Shown here piece by piece: positions 61,133-64,000 of a DNA stretch of 64,000 nucleotides (position 1 is its first letter; the number at the start of each line of letters is the position of its first letter). Both the position numbers and the translations under genes were made by a program. The notes under the pieces were generated by a model, which worked only from the letters and a program-made list of their open reading frames with translations, was not told the DNA's origin and did no database searches. Origin of the DNA: Candidatus Oxydemutatoraceae bacterium (GTDB lineage: Bacteria > Pseudomonadota > Gammaproteobacteria > Poriferisulfidales > Oxydemutatoraceae); contig OZ244779.1 in assembly GCA_965219575.1 (NCBI GenBank), positions 556,769 through 620,768 on the forward strand. Direction: 5' to 3'.

Positions 61133-62245
61133 CTACTCCATAGAAATATCCGGCAAACGATAACTGGTGCTACGTCCGCCGCTCGGATTTTGTATGAAAA
61201 CGCCACGCCCTTTTAGTTCTTGAATATCTCGTAAAGCCGTGTCCGTTGAACACTTAGCCAACTTCGCATACTTGGATGTATTGATATAACCTTGAAAATC
61301 ATCTTCGAGCATACGATTTATAACCAAACGTTGACGCATATTGACCGGCTGTCGATTGATTTTTTCCCAAAGGCGCGCTTTGAATAACACGACATTCAGT
61401 TCATCTTCGGCATTTGCAATCGCACGTTTTAGGCAATCCAAAAACCATCGCATCCAGCCGGTAATATCCAGCGAACCGCGCTGTTGATTTTCAAGTTGCT
61501 TATAATATTCTTTGCGTTCCGACTCTATTTGAGTAGAAAGACTGTAGAAACGGTCGGGGTTTTTGTCTGCACGAGCCAACACCATATCGGCGATGGCTCT
61601 GGCAATACGACCGTTACCATCTTCGAAAGGGTGAATGGTCACAAACCAAAAATGAGCCAAGCCCGCTTTCAAAACTGCATCGGTGGTGGTGTCGTGCTTT
61701 AGCCATTTTATAAAATCTTGCATGTCTTGATTGATTCTGTCCGCCGGCGGTGCTTGAAAATGTATTTTTTCATGTCCTATGGCACCGGAGACAACTTGCA
61801 TCGGCTCCGATTTCTCCGTACGCCAAGCACCCACTGTGATTTTGTGCATCCCGCTTCGCCCGGTCGGAAACAAAGCAGCGTGCCAGTCGAATAAACGACT
61901 TTTGGTTAAAGGTTTAGCGAATTGTCGGGTAGCATCGAGCATTATTTCTACGATACCCTCAACATCGCGACCGGTAGGAACGAGCCCGGCAATATCGATT
62001 CCTAAGCGACGAGCAATAGAGGAACGTACCTCTTCGGGATTTAAATTTTCTCCTTCAATAGCCGAAGACTTCACAACATCCTTGGTGAGTGTATTAAGAT
62101 TTGCCTCCAGTCTTAAATCAAAGCCTAGATTTTTCATTCTACCGAGCAACATCCCCTGACTATGACGTACATCCGCAAGTTTATAAGTCAAAGTGTCGTT
62201 ATCCCAAGTGAAATTCGGCCAGTTGTCGTGTTCGTATATCCACAT
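61133..62245 (-). CDS. Fic family protein (DUF4172 N-terminus, HTH C-terminus)
   Basis: MWIYE...WPNF.W, SSAIEGE, HPFEDGNGRIAR and DTALRDI. Confidence 0.93.
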   Translation of the reverse strand: MWIYEHDNWPNFTWDNDTLTYKLADVRHSQGMLLGRMKNLGFDLRLEANLNTLTKDVVKSSAIEGENLNPEEVRSSIARRLGIDIAGLVPTGRDVEGIVEIMLDATRQFAKPLTKSRLFDWHAALFPTGRSGMHKITVGAWRTEKSEPMQVVSGAIGHEKIHFQAPPADRINQDMQDFIKWLKHDTTTDAVLKAGLAHFWFVTIHPFEDGNGRIARAIADMVLARADKNPDRFYSLSTQIESERKEYYKQLENQQRGSLDITGWMRWFLDCLKRAIANAEDELNVVLFKARLWEKINRQPVNMRQRLVINRMLEDDFQGYINTSKYAKLAKCSTDTALRDIQELKGRGVFIQNPSGGRSTSYRLPDISME

Positions 62246-62246
62246 A

Positions 62247-62292
62247 ATAATCACCGCAGAATATGCGGTGATTATAGGGTGTAATCACCGCA
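62247..62292. promoter_or_regulatory. Putative operator of the Fic gene
   Basis: ATAATCACCGCA-gaata-TGCGGTGATTAT plus a third TAATCACCGCA, immediately 5' of the start codon. Confidence 0.6.
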
Positions 62293-62306
62293 AAAGCAAG
62301 GTATTC

Positions 62307-62728
62307 ATTCCCCTCCTGTGGAGGGGTGGCCTGTGCAGCCTGACGGGGTGGTTGCAGCGGGGGGGGGGGCTGTTGAAAAAATATCGTTGCACAATCGTAA
62401 CCGCTTGCGCCGTAAATTTACAATAACCACCAAGCCGTAGGGGCAGACCTGTGTGTCTGCCCTTAACTAGCGTCATGCACAAACCTAACCGCTTTGCGCC
62501 AACAAATAATGGTTTCCATAATATTAATGGGTAAACGCGTTAATCGTGCAGACATGATACGGTTTCGGGCGGACATATAAGTCCGCCCCTACGGTTGGTT
62601 TACAAATATTCATGGCGCAAGCGGTTGCAACTGTGCAGAGACAGTACTTTTTCAACAACCCCGTCGTATCTGCATGATTTACACATTCACCCATCCAATT
62701 TATGGAAACCAAAACCATACGGCGCAAT
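62307..62728. mobile_element. Repeat locus 16: A + MITE-like element (62366-62662) + internal-module tail
   Basis: TIR pair, two REP variants and ttgcgcc arms. Confidence 0.85.
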
Positions 62729-62748
62729 ATGTCGGTTCCATTGCAGTT

Positions 62749-63450
62749 CTATCGGTGCGGCATCCAGCTTTTTAATGTCAGTGTGGTTTTGATTTTATCG
62801 CCGTCCAACTTTACGATCTTTATCGGCAGATAATCATGCTTCGGACTGAGCCAGTATATTTGATCCGGTTTTTCATTTTTGTATCGCTCTATGCGAATCG
62901 TATCAAACTTTTCTGCTGCAACTTCAATTATCTCCTCGCCTCGTTTTACGAAACGTCTCTCTTTCAATCGTCCATCGGAGATTAGGGTGTAATTTCGGTC
63001 AAAATCCGAGTCCAGTGTGTTGACAACATCGTCTCTCAGTTTGAGCTGAAAGGTGTTTTCATCTACCGTACCTTCTTTAATGTCCAGAGTAGATTGTTCG
63101 CCTTTATACAGCACTTGGGCTTTATAGTTTTTCCAATCAAAACGGTACACTTGTTTTTTGCTTTTGTTCGGAACCTCTTTTTCATAGACCAACGGTAGCC
63201 AGTGGTCGCTCTTTTTAATGATCTTGCTGTAACTATGCGCCCGAATGTTGAGAATGTGTCCTAATCCCCTAGGTTCTACCGCGCTTTTATACAAGAACTT
63301 ATGGTCTTCGCGTTTGAGGGCAACAGCCATCTCGGCAGCGGTGATGTTAGGAATGCCGATTTTATAAATCGCTTTGAACGACGATAACTCTTGCCCTATA
63401 CTTTGAACGGCAAGTGTGCCGTACAGAATTAATGCAAAAATATATCTCAT
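62749..63450 (-). CDS. DUF3108 domain exported protein
   Basis: Signal peptide, PL.YE, FDW and W..P...YLPIKI; likely start MRYIF. Confidence 0.75.
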   Translation of the reverse strand: MRYIFALILYGTLAVQSIGQELSSFKAIYKIGIPNITAAEMAVALKREDHKFLYKSAVEPRGLGHILNIRAHSYSKIIKKSDHWLPLVYEKEVPNKSKKQVYRFDWKNYKAQVLYKGEQSTLDIKEGTVDENTFQLKLRDDVVNTLDSDFDRNYTLISDGRLKERRFVKRGEEIIEVAAEKFDTIRIERYKNEKPDQIYWLSPKHDYLPIKIVKLDGDKIKTTLTLKSWMPHR

Positions 63451-64000
63451 GTCGTCGTCCAATCGTGGTATTCGTCCCATGCGGGACGTCTGCAAAGACC
63501 CGCATAATCGCAATATTTGCATACATTCTGCTTATTGCCCCACGCATTCAGGGGGTGTTCGGAATCGTAGTCGGTTTTAATGCTTAACAGCCTGCTTAGG
63601 TTTTTATTGCGGTATTCGGCAAGTTCTTCGCCGTGCAGAGTACGTTGCTCGCCTCTATTTTTAGCACCCAATGCCAAGTAGATTGCGGTATTGATGTTTT
63701 TATCGAGCAATGCATAGCTGGTTAGCTGTATGTGTTCGCCGTTTTTTATGTCTTTGTTGCTCGCTAAGCCACCGGTTTTATAGTCTACCAACATAGAACC
63801 TTTTTCGGTTTGTAAAATCAAGTCTGCGATACCCCGCATAGATAGATTTTCCGATAGTTCCTCTTCCAGTTCCTGCTCGGTGCCCGTTGACGATATGGCT
63901 TGTTCTCGTTGCCGTTCTATCATCCAATCTATGTAGTAGGTCATCGCTTCGTTCGCATCGGTGAACCAGAAATAATTTACATAATTACCGAATTTCGATT
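63447..64000 (-). CDS. PD-(D/E)XK nuclease C-terminus (AddB-like); 5' end lies outside the window
   Basis: G.AD, VDYKTG, QL..Y and C.YC.Y..LCR Fe-S motif. Confidence 0.8.
   Translation of the reverse strand, partial: SKFGNYVNYFWFTDANEAMTYYIDWMIERQREQAISSTGTEQELEEELSENLSMRGIADLILQTEKGSMLVDYKTGGLASNKDIKNGEHIQLTSYALLDKNINTAIYLALGAKNRGEQRTLHGEELAEYRNKNLSRLLSIKTDYDSEHPLNAWGNKQNVCKYCDYAGLCRRPAWDEYHDWTTT

Overview
Chromosomal window from a gammaproteobacterium, inferred from gene content and order. Housekeeping blocks are argS-priA, topA-mutY-yggX-tRNA-Phe-polA, argC-ftsK-lolA, smpB-ratAB-bamE-fur-recN-nadK, dapF-xerC, mutM and trmB-thiGS-bcp. An AT-rich defence island (about 2.6-15.6 kb) carries an SspBCD-type phosphorothioation operon with a DUF262/HNH effector, a frameshifted TPR-DUF2971 gene, DUF1828, a frameshifted Rpn gene and a DUF91/DUF5655 nuclease. 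Other accessory DNA includes an orphan methyltransferase, duplicated sulfotransferase-like genes beside IS3 end remnants and a dif-like site, a HEPN-MNT pair, an intact IS1595 and a Fic gene. The most striking unexplained structure is a modular intergenic repeat system at about 16 loci (roughly 7% of the window by eye). It consists of TIR-bounded MITE-like shells with inner inverted arms, GTAG-REP hairpins, a nested small hairpin and a linked CCCCTCC-GGAGGGG palindrome. These modules are shuffled combinatorially, flank accessory genes and donate stop codons or C-termini to host genes. All calls are by-eye motif recognition; no database searches were run, and repeat boundaries are approximate.
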